Shown here one piece after another: positions 1-12,760 of a stretch of DNA of 64,000 bases; within the stretch, counting starts at the first letter, position 1; the number at the start of each line of letters is the position of its first letter. The stretch lies in NCBI RefSeq assembly GCF_009914755.1, contig NC_060942.1, one strand, 5' to 3'. Source of the stretch: the human T2T-CHM13v2.0 reference genome, Homo sapiens. A model generated the notes under the pieces. It was not told the DNA's origin and did not search any database. It saw only the letters and a list, made by a program, of their open reading frames with translations. Position numbers and translations under genes: made by a program.

Positions 1-583
1 TGAGGGCTGTGTGGCGCCCTCCATTGTGGTCTGACTTCAGGACTGATGCTGGCTTTGGGGTCTGTTAGAGCTTGGACTGCTGGGGGAGGGAAGAGGCAAA
101 CTGAGCCAGCAGCCCCGTGGTGGCTCCTCTGTAACTGTAGCAGACAGCTAGACTTGAATGAAGTTGGTCCCTACAAAAGCACACTGGCCTTCCTTGACCA
201 CCTCGTGAAAGTGACTTTTATTTGAGGGACTGGTCCTCCAATGCGTAAATAGAAATGGGGGGCTTCTCAGGGCAGAAACAGGCTTCAGGGATGGCTTTGC
301 AAGATGCCACTTTCTGTTAAGAAGTCGTTTTCTCAATTTTTAAAATATATTCCAACAAATATTTTGATCTGTGTATCTTTCAACCAAAGATAACACAACA
401 TTTGATTTATTATCTTAGGGCCACTGTTTGTATCCTGTTCAGCTTAGGAGGGAAGTAAAATAGGAATGGGTTAGTCCAAAGGAGATATAGTAAACAAACT
501 TAAAAAAAAAAAAACAGTTATCCCCCAAAAAGGCTGATTATTTACTTCACCCCAAAAAGGAATCATTTAACTTTTTCAAATTT

Positions 584-727
584 ATTTTTATTTATTTATT
601 TATTTATTTTAAAGATGGGGTCTCACTGTGTTGCCCAGGCTGGATTCAAATTCTTGGGCTTAAGCAATCCTCCTACCTCGGCCCCTCAAAGTGCTGGGAT
701 TACAGGCATGAGCCACCATGCCCGGCC
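584..727 (-). mobile_element. Alu monomer (FLAM-like)
   Basis: (TTTA)n tail and a single left-arm sequence ending ...GCCACCATGCCCGGCC; degenerate TSD CTTTTTCA(A/C)ATTT. Confidence 0.8.
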
Positions 728-1404
728 TTTTTCACATTTCTAAATGCCTTTTATTACTATTTCAAATGCCAGCAGGAATACAGAGATAAAAAAGCAAAAT
801 CTTCAAAGCCTAGTCCAGGTCTCACTTGGCTTGTTTTAGATGTTTGCCTACAGCAGTCCAAGTGGCATTACCAGTAAAGCCACCTGGATTCCCATAATAA
901 TGCAGATATGTAAGATACACAGATTATTTTAGAACCCCATCTTTGCCTTTGTTGTTTTGTTTTTGTTTTGTTTTGTTTTGTTTCATTTTATAAAATGATG
1001 TCTTCTAGGGAACGTGTCTACAATCTGAAATCCCATCTCATAACCTGGCTTCCCCTTGTGATGACAAATCTTAAATACTGTATATTTATAATTGGCTTAG
1101 GGGGAACTGGTAAGCCTCGAACACAGAAACATGAGCTTGGTGCCATCAGAGAGTTTGCTTTTTATATCATTTATTTTGGCCTATTGGCAGAAGAAGAAAG
1201 AGACGGACATTGTGATCACTCAGTCTCTTAGATTAGAGAGGCCAGCTAGTATTGTGGCCATAAAAAACCTACTCAGTTTTCAGAGTCAACTGTCTAGGTC
1301 TTACATTGCAATATAAATAAGATTAAGTTCTGCCTGCCTGCATGACAGCAGCATGTGCCATGGGTCACGTGGGGGGTATAATGACCTTCTGCCTCTGTTC
1401 ATAG

Positions 1405-1626
<222 letters not shown>

Positions 1627-2245
1627 TAGGTTCCATGAAAGTTCAATGAAAGTACTGTTATCTATACTTTATATAGATAACATGGTGCTTCTACTTCGAG
1701 GGATTGGGGGGCAGTTTGTGAAGAGGTCCATAAGGCTGCTCTTTTTTTTTTTTCCTAGTTTAGTTTTTTAGTAAATCGTTAAAAACTAGGTTTTGTAGGG
1801 TCATTTATATGGTCGTAAACTGAGGTATAAAGTCACCTCCAGTAGGCAGAATTTTTCAGTGTTTACCATAGATTTAAAAATCACTCTGTACTTTGCATAC
1901 TGAAAGTCACATTTCATTCACCCTCCCACCCACAAAACTAGTTTGAAGTTTAAATTTCCAGGGCCCAGCTGAGAGGCTGTAGCTGCCTGCCTTTCCACGT
2001 AACTGTTGTGTTTGTTAATCTTGGTGCAGTTCCATTCTGGAGACTAAGCAGAGTCTTTCTGTGAGGTTGTGCAGACCTCTGGCTTCCCTCAACATTAAAT
2101 ATCAATGTTGCAGCAGAAGAGAGTGTCTTGGGCCTCACCCCTGGGGGCAAACCCTGCCCTGACAGTAGCTGGACTGCAGACCACACCATAGCTTCATTCT
2201 TCTGCCCCAAGCAATCTTAACATTTCTTTTTCTTTTCTTGTCTAG

Positions 2246-2318
2246 GTTCCAATGGTCCTCAGCTGTTTACAATAGAGCAATGGGGCAGTCCTGAGAAACT
2301 GCCCAGAGCTCACACATG
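2246..2318 (+). CDS. NEDD4L: NEDD4L penultimate coding exon, HECT C-lobe
   Basis: Polypyrimidine tract plus AG at 2244-2245 and donor GTGAGT at 2319. In frame with the previous exon: (G)[23 protein letters not shown](C). Not in the ORF track because it is short. Confidence 0.96.
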
Positions 2319-4019
2319 GTGAGTGACAAAAACACATGCATGTCAATGCAATATCTGAACTGCTTAGCTGGGTATGGTGCTGGGCTCAAGGCTATTGAAT
2401 GCTCTGTTTCCTGTCTGTAAGTAGCTTAGAGAATTAAAGGACAGTGATGTGGATGAAAATAGAAATTGTACAGTAGTGCTAATAAGACATAATGCACTCA
2501 GTATGTTTGGCACATAAAGGGCTCAGGCCTCCCTGCTGTGGGGAATTTCTCCTCTGAGCCCAGTCCTTCCCTCATTATTCTAGGTAGTGGAGCTTTCACT
2601 GTTCAGCATACATAGATAAGGCAGCTCTCAACCTGTATAATAAACACGTTGGGTTTTTACTCCAACCTTAAATTGGTTGAGAAGTTAGGACAAAATACCC
2701 TGTAGAAACATCCTTTTTCAAAGGCCTTCTATGCCCATGAATAACCTGTAATTCCCTGGAATTGAGCAGTAACATGACTGTGGTCGGAGGAGGGTAAGAG
2801 GGCTGACACGTGGCCAGGGATGCCCAAGCGTGGAGCGTGGCTGCCCTCAGAAGGCCCTCTCAGGAGGCACAGTGACGCAGAAGGGTCCCAGTTGTTTTCT
2901 GAACAGTTGCATGAAACCCAGCACAAATGCAGACTGGATGGGATCAGTTTCTTGAAGCCGGGTTCAGGGAGCTCTTGCTAACTCAAACTCCCATGTCCCT
3001 CGTGTTGGTTTTTCTGCAAAGGCCTTTATTTCTTGCTCCTGAGGAAGCAGCAGAAGTGGGCCTTCTGGAAAACGGTGAGCAGCGTAGCCCTGTGTTTCTC
3101 ATGCAGCGGGGGCTGCAAAGCCTGCTCTGGCCATAGTGAGCTAACATAAGCAACCAAACACTCCCTGCAGGAAACGCCCTCCCTTACACTAGAAGTGCTG
3201 GCCAGGAGAGAATTCTCATGAACATGTGTTTGCGAAAAATTGGCTGTGAAAGGTTTTTCACTTCTGTCGGATTCCCTTGCCTCACCAGAAAGGTGTTTTT
3301 TTTTTCTATTCGTACCATTCACGTGACTCTCCAGATGGAAACAATGTGGTCATTGCCTGTCAGAGCCTTGAAAGCAAGCTGACTCCAGCCTAAAATTCAT
3401 GAATATTCAGAGCAGTCATTGTCCGTGGTTCTCTGGCTTTATTCTAAGGGAAGAATGTTTGAGTAGTTCAGAGCTTTTATCCAAATGGTGTCCAAGTCAT
3501 ATGTGGTTTTCTGGGTTCTACTGGCCTCCATATGAAGGCACCAGCGTTGAGCCAAGCCCCAGGACTGTGGGTGGTGATGCGAAACTCAAGCTCATAATAC
3601 TAACCAGGATGAAGATTAGGAAAAGCGAAATTATTGGGCACAGTCATCATCTGTGGTCAGGCACTGCTTAATCTTTATGGCAGCCTTATGAGATATGTTA
3701 TTCCCTTGGGCTGTCAGAAGGCTGGCCCAGGGCTCACCAGAGTCACAGATTCCCAGATCACAGGATTTGAACTCAGAGCTACCAGAATTAGAGCCTGCAC
3801 CCTTTACCACTACACCAGATACACTGCCTCTGTTGATATACCCACTTTCTTTTTAGACTTTTCCAAGGAAACCAAATTAGTGAACCAATTTCATGTTCAT
3901 TCAGCCCATGTTTCTCTGTGACTTCAGGGACACATATCTTACTATTGAACTGTCTTTTTTATTTCGGAGCCCACATGATTCTGCCACAAGTAGAACTTCC
4001 CAGATAAGACCTCTGAACT

Positions 4020-4183
4020 CAGTGGTTCTCAACCTCAGCTGCATGTTGGAACCATCTAGAGAGCCTTAAAGAAATCACTGATGCCTGGAATTTGGACTTC
4101 ATTGGTCTGGTGTGTGACCCAGGCAGTGGGATTTTCAAAGCTCCCCAGATGATTTTTATAGGCTGGCAGGGTTGAAAATTCAC
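4020..4183. mobile_element. hAT-Charlie MITE, MER5A-like
   Basis: Starts CAGTGGTTCTCAACC, internal ...TTTTCAAAGCTCCCCAGATGAT..., ends GGTTGAAAATTCAC, a degenerate terminal inverted repeat. Confidence 0.7.
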
Positions 4184-5719
4184 AGCTCTTCCCTAGGAAG
4201 GGCAAAGATCCACCTACAGGAAGGGAACAACCCAGCTGGCTCTTACCAGAACTTATTTTCCTCTTTATGTGTCACGGAAATAAAGCAACTGTGTAGTTTT
4301 CCTAATGATGTTCTCCCCAGACTAACTTGACCCGGATGGAGAGGACTGGCAGTTGCAAGCAACACTGGCTAGCATGAGTGGGACTGTTCTGCTGTTTCTT
4401 CTAAATGGCTTTCCTCCCTACCTGACCCTGACTGTATTTTGACATAGGAAACAGAAACTTCACTGGCTGTTTCGTGGCAACAGTTCTGCCATAAAATTTT
4501 GCCATACATAGGTTTAATTTCTTCCACGTTTTATGATACACAATTAAAGTTCAGAATAAAAATCTGATTTCCTAGAAGAGCAGAAGCTGAAGGATCTGGT
4601 TCTCTGTGATGAGGGTACCTTTCATTAAGCTTTCCAATGGTGATTATTGAGTGTCTGACATTCAAAGGACTTCATTTCATTGTTCTATAAAAGGTCACTA
4701 CTCAGACATTTAAAATTACTCTTCATTAAGAATCACAGGCCCACCTGCCCTTTTAGGTAGACTCTAAAGCAAACAAAAATCATCTCGTTCAGCCCATGCA
4801 TCTTCCACGTGAGGACGCTGAAGCCCTGTGAGGACAATGAGCTCCTTAAAGTCACCCAGCTCATTAGTGCAGAGCAAAGCCAGGTCCGTGTGTCCTGACC
4901 TCTGAAATGATAGGAACTCACACTCACCAAGCACTCTGTTCATTCCGGGGATGGTGCTCAGCACTTGATGCGATTGACTCATACCATCATCACAGTGGCC
5001 CTAAGAGGTGGGTGATGTTATGACCCACTTTTTTACAGATAACACTGGGATGCAAAGCGGTGAAGCATTAAGCAGCATGATTCAGAACCTCAGATCTTGA
5101 CATCCCGTCTTTGCCTCTCTCTTCATCATGCCAGTGTTTCTCAAACCTGAATAATCTGTGCACCTTTTTTAAAGGGAAAAAATGGTCACAGATTCTCAAG
5201 AATGGGCCTGAGACCCCCATAGGGATTGCAGGCCCGGGACTGTGAAACCCCAGCTGAAAAGCCTGAAGCCACTTTCGGTGAAAGGCTCTTTTAAATGCCA
5301 TCTGTAGATGTGAAGTCCTGTCTTTATTAATATGATAATAGAAAGTTAAAAGCCTGTATTAGTACTTGCTCTTTTAGGATTCCTGGGTTCCTGAGAACCC
5401 CAGTTTGAGAAGCACAGTGTTATTCTCTGTCTTTTAGTGTTTAGTGGCTGTTAGAGAATCCAAGTGGAACTCAGTGGGACTTATTCAATATTTAGTGGTT
5501 GTTAAACGGCCCTCTACGGTATGTGTTTCTTTTCTGTTGCTGTGACAACGGTTAGCTTTTAGTATATGTGCAAGTGCTGCCAAAGCGAGCACGTGAATGG
5601 TTAGCTTTTAAAACCCAAGAAGTTACTTTGCTCATTCTTGGAATCACACATCAATACCTGGAGGGGGCGGTTTTAAACACAGTTTGAGCACTCGCGGCAG
5701 AGGCAGCACAAGTGCACTT

Positions 5720-5920
5720 CAAGAGCTGGGCTTTGGAGCACCCCAGGGCTGTACCTGGCCCCGTGTGACCTTGGGCAAGTTACCTAACCTTGCTGTGTCT
5801 CAAGCTCCTCCTCTGTGAAATAGGGGTGAAGCATTAGCTGCCTTACAAAGTGATTGCCAGGGTTCATAACATTGAGACAAGGCTGATGGGGCATGGTGAG
5901 CACTCCATGAACATGAGCTC
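5720..5920 (+). mobile_element. MIR SINE
   Basis: MIR core GTGTGACCTTGGGCAAGTTACCTAACCT...CTCTGTGAAATAGGG. Confidence 0.7.
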
Positions 5921-6344
5921 TTACGTCATAATGAGCTGTGGCAAGTGTGCATGCCATTTTCATGACAGATACACATCAGCAATCACCCCCCAACACATAC
6001 ACACACACACAGAGGTGCAGGTTCTGTGGCTAAAGGCTCTGGTCTTGAGCCCCATGTAGACATACAGTAAATGTTGAAAGGTGTTAACACTGATACCATC
6101 TCTTGAGTAATTGAGCCCTTGCTGTATGCCGGGCCCACTGATCCGATCCACTTGGCACTCATATGTGCAGTTTCCCCATGTCACAGAAGCACAGAGGCCA
6201 TCCATTTGTCTGAAAACCCTCACTATTGCCAGGGCGATTTGCAGCCCCCGCCCCCACCTGAAGCCTCCAGATATGTAGGGACTTTTTCTAAATGCAACTT
6301 TACATAGCAAATGTCAATTTTGCCTGACTTTGATCAGAGGAGGT

Positions 6345-6570
6345 AGCTTAGCACTGGTGTTCCCGAGCCCCGGACAGCCTGGGTTCTGTTTGTGGGTCTG
6401 CCGTTTGACAAAGACTGTGACCTCAGGAACCTTGCCCTATGTCTCTGCTCCAGGAGCTCCTGTGCAGAATGGAGATAACATGACCTGCTTCATAGGGTTG
6501 TGATGAAAATGAAGTGAGTTAATAGGGAGAAAAGCACTTGGCTTGAGGCCTAGTGTGGAATAAGTAATAG
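6345..6570 (+). mobile_element. MIR SINE
   Basis: Degenerate core CTGTGACCTCAGG...CTGTGCAGAATGGAGATAAC...CTTCATAGGGTTGTGATGAAAATGAAGTGAGTTAATA. Confidence 0.6.
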
Positions 6571-6782
6571 TATTAGAGATAGACACAGTCTTAATTCGTG
6601 GGTAACTCCAAAAGCATCAGCTCTGTGTTCCAAGGGTTTGGAAATCTTGCCGGTTACTCCCTTCCCACCAGGATTCCTCCGAGATCTGCATCTGACTATA
6701 GCAAAGGTTTCATGGACCATTTGAAAATGTTCTTTCTCTGTAAATTACAAGAGCTTATTTAGTGTGGATGTTTCATAGCTAG

Positions 6783-7028
<246 letters not shown>

Positions 7029-7074
7029 GCACCCTGTGCCTCGGGGGTGGTTGTTCTTCAAGCAAGTTCTGCTT

Positions 7075-8185
7075 GCACTTTTGCATTTGCCTAACAGACT
7101 TTTGCAGAGGCGATGGCAGAGAGCAGCTGCAGGCATGGTCCCTGGAGCCGAGCCTTCACCACGCACTCGTCCAAGTTCGGATGCGGGAACCTGGTCCCAG
7201 CTTGAGTTCCTGCCTTTCCCACCACAAATTATCAACTGGTTGATGTGTACACTAATTACATTTCAGGAGGACTTAATGCTATTTATGTTGTGCCTCTGCA
7301 GGCAAAGCCCTTAATAAATATTTTACATCCTTTCTAATGACAATGAATGGAATTAATCACTCAACAGGTATAGTATTACGACTCATGTTTACTTTTTAAA
7401 ATGATTTAGACCGATTTTCAGATTTTATTTCGTTATGATTAAAGATGTCTCATGTACTTGGAAAAGTGAGCATTTTTTTTTTTTTTTGTATTTCACTTTC
7501 ATACCAGGCTTAATGTCAATGACATTTTTATTTTTGAAGTACTCTGACACCTCCACCCTCTACTTTATTAGAATTGGAAGGCAAATTTTTGTCCAAAAAC
7601 CTACAGACAAGTACTTTGAGAGAATTTCCAATATAATATTAGACATAATGATAATTTTTTCCATACTCAGAATGAAAAACTGGATATTACGTTTTTGTTT
7701 TGGGGTTTTTTTGTACAAATTTAGCTAATAGCTACAGGCTGAGAGAATTGTAACATAGCATGACAAATTTTGTGTTGACTTGAAAGGAATCACACCATTA
7801 TTCCTTAGAAGTAATTACATGTGTTCTAACACATTTGAGACAGGGTTGGACTCCCATTTCTCATCCGAGAAATTACTTAACCCTTCCTGGCGCTGTACAG
7901 TCATCTTTTATTCTATTTCCTCTTTGCTGTTTGTAGTAGAGACATTTTGAATGAAACTTGGCACTGCTTGATTCAAAACTGTGGAAACCAGATCTGTTTA
8001 GTCTCCTGTTTGTATGCGTTTGCTAATGGTAGCTAAATAACCAGTTTTTGTTGTAAATGCACCAATTCTGAAGGCACTTTATGTACTACATGGAGGTCAT
8101 ATCTGGTTTTGTTTTTATTTTTTTATCATGAACATTAAATGTGATGATGATTTCTTTTCCCTGCACACATCTTTCCGGTGCAATA
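7075..8185 (+). promoter_or_regulatory. miRNA seed-match cluster in NEDD4L proximal 3' UTR
   Basis: GCACTTT 7075-7081 and GCACTTTA 8074-8081 (miR-17/93/106 family), TGTTTAC 7386-7392 (miR-30), AATGTGA 8138-8144 (miR-23), GTGCAATA 8178-8185 (miR-25/92). Seed matches only; conservation not testable here. Confidence 0.55.
7313..7318 (+). terminator. NEDD4L: Candidate proximal polyadenylation signal
   Basis: AATAAA 285 nt after the stop codon; usage cannot be shown from sequence. Confidence 0.45.
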
Positions 8186-8915
8186 TCTATCAATTGTGAA
8201 TCTGGCTGCTGGTGTATAAAAACCTGGATGTAAAGCTGAGCCTACAGACCTGTCCTCACCAACTGTTTTGTGATTTCTACTCAACTACAAAGATTTATTT
8301 AATGTACTCTTAATCTAACTGAGTTTTGTTACCAATGACCTGTTGCATGCTTCAATACCGTGTACTGCCTGAGTTGTGCCTCTTGTGTGCTAGATTAAAA
8401 GTGAGACAGAGACTTGACTTGATCCTCTGAGCTCAAGCTATTGAGCTGGTAGTGGCAGAGGACTGAGGGTACCTGCACAGTTTGATTCTTTTCCACGTGT
8501 AAGTCTCCATTGCAGAATTGTCGTGCTTTGAGAAAACACCTGAGGCAGTGTGGGAGTTGAACGACCCTGCTGTCCTTTTTAACCTGTGTTGTCCTAGACC
8601 CTGTCGGGGCAGTCAGGGGACACTAGAGATTTGATCTCATGCGAGTCATCAATAGGACAAAAAAGTTGTGGTTTGGGGAGGTCTGTTTGTTACATAAAAA
8701 GGACCTTTCGGTGTAAGAAATTGCCGTTTTTACCCTGCCCTGGCTGGCATGTGAGAAGCCATGGAAGGTTGTGGTTGTAAATGAGTTGTCTAAAGGGGTG
8801 CAGAGGCCTGAGGTTTCTAAAAGAAGGTAGATTTCTACAGAGCTGAGTGTTGGTTCCTTTTTCTTATTGGTTGAAAATTACCTGGTAGTGATCAGAAAAC
8901 TTAGATGCTATGTAA

Positions 8916-8917
<2 letters not shown>

Positions 8918-8954
<37 letters not shown>
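8918..8954 (+). repeat. Poly(A) mononucleotide tract, 37 nt, within 3' UTR
   Basis: Uninterrupted A37, no target-site duplication seen. Confidence 0.95.
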
Positions 8955-8956
<2 letters not shown>

Positions 8957-10261
8957 CCCGCTCATGAGTTTTGACTATTGGTGAGATGTTTTCCGCTACA
9001 GTTAACATGACAAATGTCTCAGTGGCAAAAATCCCCTTTTTGTAAGCCCCCATAGTCTAGAGGCAGTTTTCTTTTTAAGAATCATGCCAGAGCCTGAGTC
9101 GAGCAGTATGCTTTCTTGGTTTTTGAGAGTAATTGTGTAATTGTAGAGGGAGAAATCCAATTCTAACCTAAGAACTGGGATTCTTCTGTCATCTTGTAAA
9201 CCGTATATTGAAAAAAACAGAATGTCACTAAATGCATATTAAGTCAAGTATTGGAAAGTATAAAAGAAAAATCATTCTGACAATTTCTAAGCCAGAAGCA
9301 AACAAGAATTACTGAAATCTACCCCATGAATACTTGGAAGGCAGTAATTGTGAGTGACACCTCAGTTCATCAACCCCTTAATAATATCAGCTTAATTTTA
9401 ATGACAACTAAATATGCTGAAGTGAGGATTTAGTATTTTTTAAAAAAGCAAAACAAGGTTCAGTAGTCCTCAGCAATTCTCCAAGTTTCTCTCTTTGCCT
9501 AAAATGGTCATAGATCTTGATTTCTCTGAATCGTGATGACCACACCCAGTCATCTTCACAGCATAATTGCAGGTGGCAGTAAAGAGAGTGTGCTGGGTAA
9601 GGAGCAGTTGCTGGGTCATTCCTTGGGCCCCGACCTGCCCGGGGAGTAGCCCTGGGGGAGAGAGGGCAGTGTTGCCTATCCCAGAGGTCCCAGCAGTCAC
9701 ACTGCTCTGCAGGCCGGGCTCTCTTTATAGCCAGAGAAATCACCTTAATGCAGTCTCTTTAGTTGTCTGCTGAAGCTGTAGTTATTATGGGCCACTTACA
9801 TGAGGCTGAGAAGTACGTGCCGGAGCTCACACACTGCCTGTTGCGGTTCTCTTAACATCAGTTATCACAGCTGCCTGTGGGTCCCGGGTATTTCCATTCC
9901 TGCCCCTTGTTGGCCCGAGGAAGGATGTGGAAAGAGCACCTGGCGGGATGAAGGTCCAACAGCCTGTGCCTCTCCACTGCTGGCCCTGGAGCCGGCAGCA
10001 GTGAGGCATTCATTGTCTGTGTTGCGGTGTATTCCCAGCTTCAGTGCTCTTTTCCTTTTTGCCTGAAATGTTTATGCTTCTCTGCAGCCAGTCCTCTAAC
10101 AAATCTCAAGAACAAAGGTAAGACACTTGGTTTTTGTTTCCAGGACCCTTCAGAAGGTGACATCAGATATTCCCTAAATTCAGACAATGAGGGATACAGA
10201 GCGACTTGGCATGTATTATTTCTCCCATGTAAGGACAAAGGGACAGATTATTATTGTTATT

Positions 10262-10561
<300 letters not shown>

Positions 10562-12266
10562 TGAGAAACAGCGTGCAAAACATTTGAACCATTTTCTACA
10601 TCTCCCATTGTTGCATAGAGAGTGTGCACCGCTGCTATCTTGCCAGATCCACACTGGTCCTCCCGAAAGCCAGGTTCATACACAGCAACTTTTTAATTAT
10701 TCTAACAGTTACCCATTAACAGTCGACTCCTGTATTTCTGAGAGTCTTGTACTCACCTCTGAAATTTAAAAACGTATAAAGAGAGCCTGGGTTAATCAGT
10801 TCTGCAGCCCCTACGTGACACTGTGCTAGTTCTCCTTCTTCTGTCTCCTCCTTACCCTGGCCCTGCACCCCTGTACTTAAGAGGGAGAGGTGGGAGGTGC
10901 TGTCTGGTATCATTTGCTGCCTCGCCAGTAGAGGGTGCCGCTGTGCAGGGTAACTGCCCGCCTGCTCCCTTCCTGACCTCCCCTGACCCCGAAGATCACT
11001 ACCTCTGTCATTCAGGCATTGGGGTACATCCTGATAAGTCGTGTCAGAACTGCCAATTTCAGGACTGAGATGTGTTTTTAAAAAACAAATCCTTATAAAC
11101 TCCACTTTGTACTTTAGATTTTAAAACTGGGGAAAAATGTGATATTCTTTGGACCACTTTTTTAATTTATATAAGCCTTAATGAACAGTGTCTATACATT
11201 TGCATACACACACCCCCACCCCAGAGTGTTCTCAGTATGTCAGAGAAAGTGCCACAGCATTAGGACGGGAGCTTGGAGAACGTTTTCTAGAAAAGGGTTA
11301 GCTTCCTGTTGGCATGAAATTTTCCAAGCAAACCTCATTAAACATCTGTTGTTTGTTAAAGATGTTCCACTGAAAGCAACGCATGTTTCAAAGGCACGTC
11401 TTTCCGTTCGTTGGTTTTCTGTGTGTAAGGAGTAGCATTGCTGTTGGCGCCTAACCTCGCGTGCACTGCATTCTCAACCCCGTACCAGTGCATCATCAGA
11501 AGCCTTCCTCGTGACCATAACTCTGTGTCTGCAGATATGTGTTCCCGTGTAAGCCAGTTTTCCCCTTTTACTCAGACTGATTTCACCTAGATTGTCACGG
11601 TTTCCTTCATGTTAACTTTGCGTGACTTTGTTCTTCCTTTACTACTCTGTATGTAATATATATACATATATACGTACATATGCTGTCCAAATATATTTGT
11701 ATATATTTGTATAGCATTTTTACACCTTTATTGAGTAATCTGGTTTCGAAAGGAGGTGAGAGTTTAGTCCCTTCTGCAGTTTTCTCCAAGCTGTGTCCTG
11801 TGAATTTCAACCCTTGGAGCCTAAGAAAACCCTAGGAAGATGATGTTAATTTGCTGTCATTTCCTAATTCAGGATCTATCATCAAATGAAACATGAAAAA
11901 AACAGTGACTTTTAAGGTGAAAAGAGTTTCAAGCATTCCAAATAAATTATCAATGTTTCATAACTTTTTATTATAAACCCACCTCCTAATAGGAAGCCAA
12001 GTACTATTTGATACAGTGGTAAAAACCAAACTACCTTGAATTTTTTTAAGGCAACTTATGAATAATGCTCATTTTCACAGTCAGAATAGCTTTAAAATAT
12101 GGTTGAATTTGATACACACAGGAAGTTTTCTTGAAGAACAATCCTTTCGCTTTTCTTTTTTCTTGAGAGATCTAAAGAGAAACTGTAGATTGTTTTCCTG
12201 ACAGCAAAAGACTAATGTGACAAAATGAAGTCATTGTAAAGAAGCGATGCAACTTGTCAAATATTT

Positions 12267-12325
12267 AATAAAGAATTATGGAAGCTGGAACATTTTCTAC
12301 ATCAAGTGTTATGGGTTGTTTGATT
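12267..12325 (+). terminator. NEDD4L: Distal polyadenylation signal with GU-rich downstream element
   Basis: AATAAA at 12267-12272, upstream TGTA at 12235-12238, downstream GTGTTATGGGTTGTTTGATTT at about 12306-12326. Confidence 0.75.
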
Positions 12326-12450
12326 TAAAGCTTCTTTGTGAATGCACCATCTTAATTGTTGTCAGAGGGGTTTAAATGCCTGCAGATTTATAGTATGTTC
12401 ATTTCCTTCATCTCCCTAAAAGCGCCGCACTTTTAAAAACATTAAAGTCT

Positions 12451-12760
12451 GGCAGGGCACAGTGGCTCACGCCTGTAATCCCAGCACTTTGGGAGGCTGA
12501 GGTGGGCAGATCACTGAGGTTAGGCATTCAAGACCAGCCTGACCAACATGGTGAAACCCCATCTCTACTAAAAATACAAAAAATATATATATATTAGCCA
12601 GACGTGGTGGCGCATGCCTGTAATGCCAGCTACTCAGGAGGCTGAGGCAGGAGAATCGCTTGAACCCGGGAGGCAGAGGTTTCAGTGAGCTGAGATTGTG
12701 CCATTGCATGCACTCCAGCCTGGGTGACAGAGCGAGATTCCGTTTCAAAAAAAAAAAAAA
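12451..12760 (+). mobile_element. AluS element
   Basis: Full dimer with A tail; TSD AAAGTCT. Confidence 0.92.
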
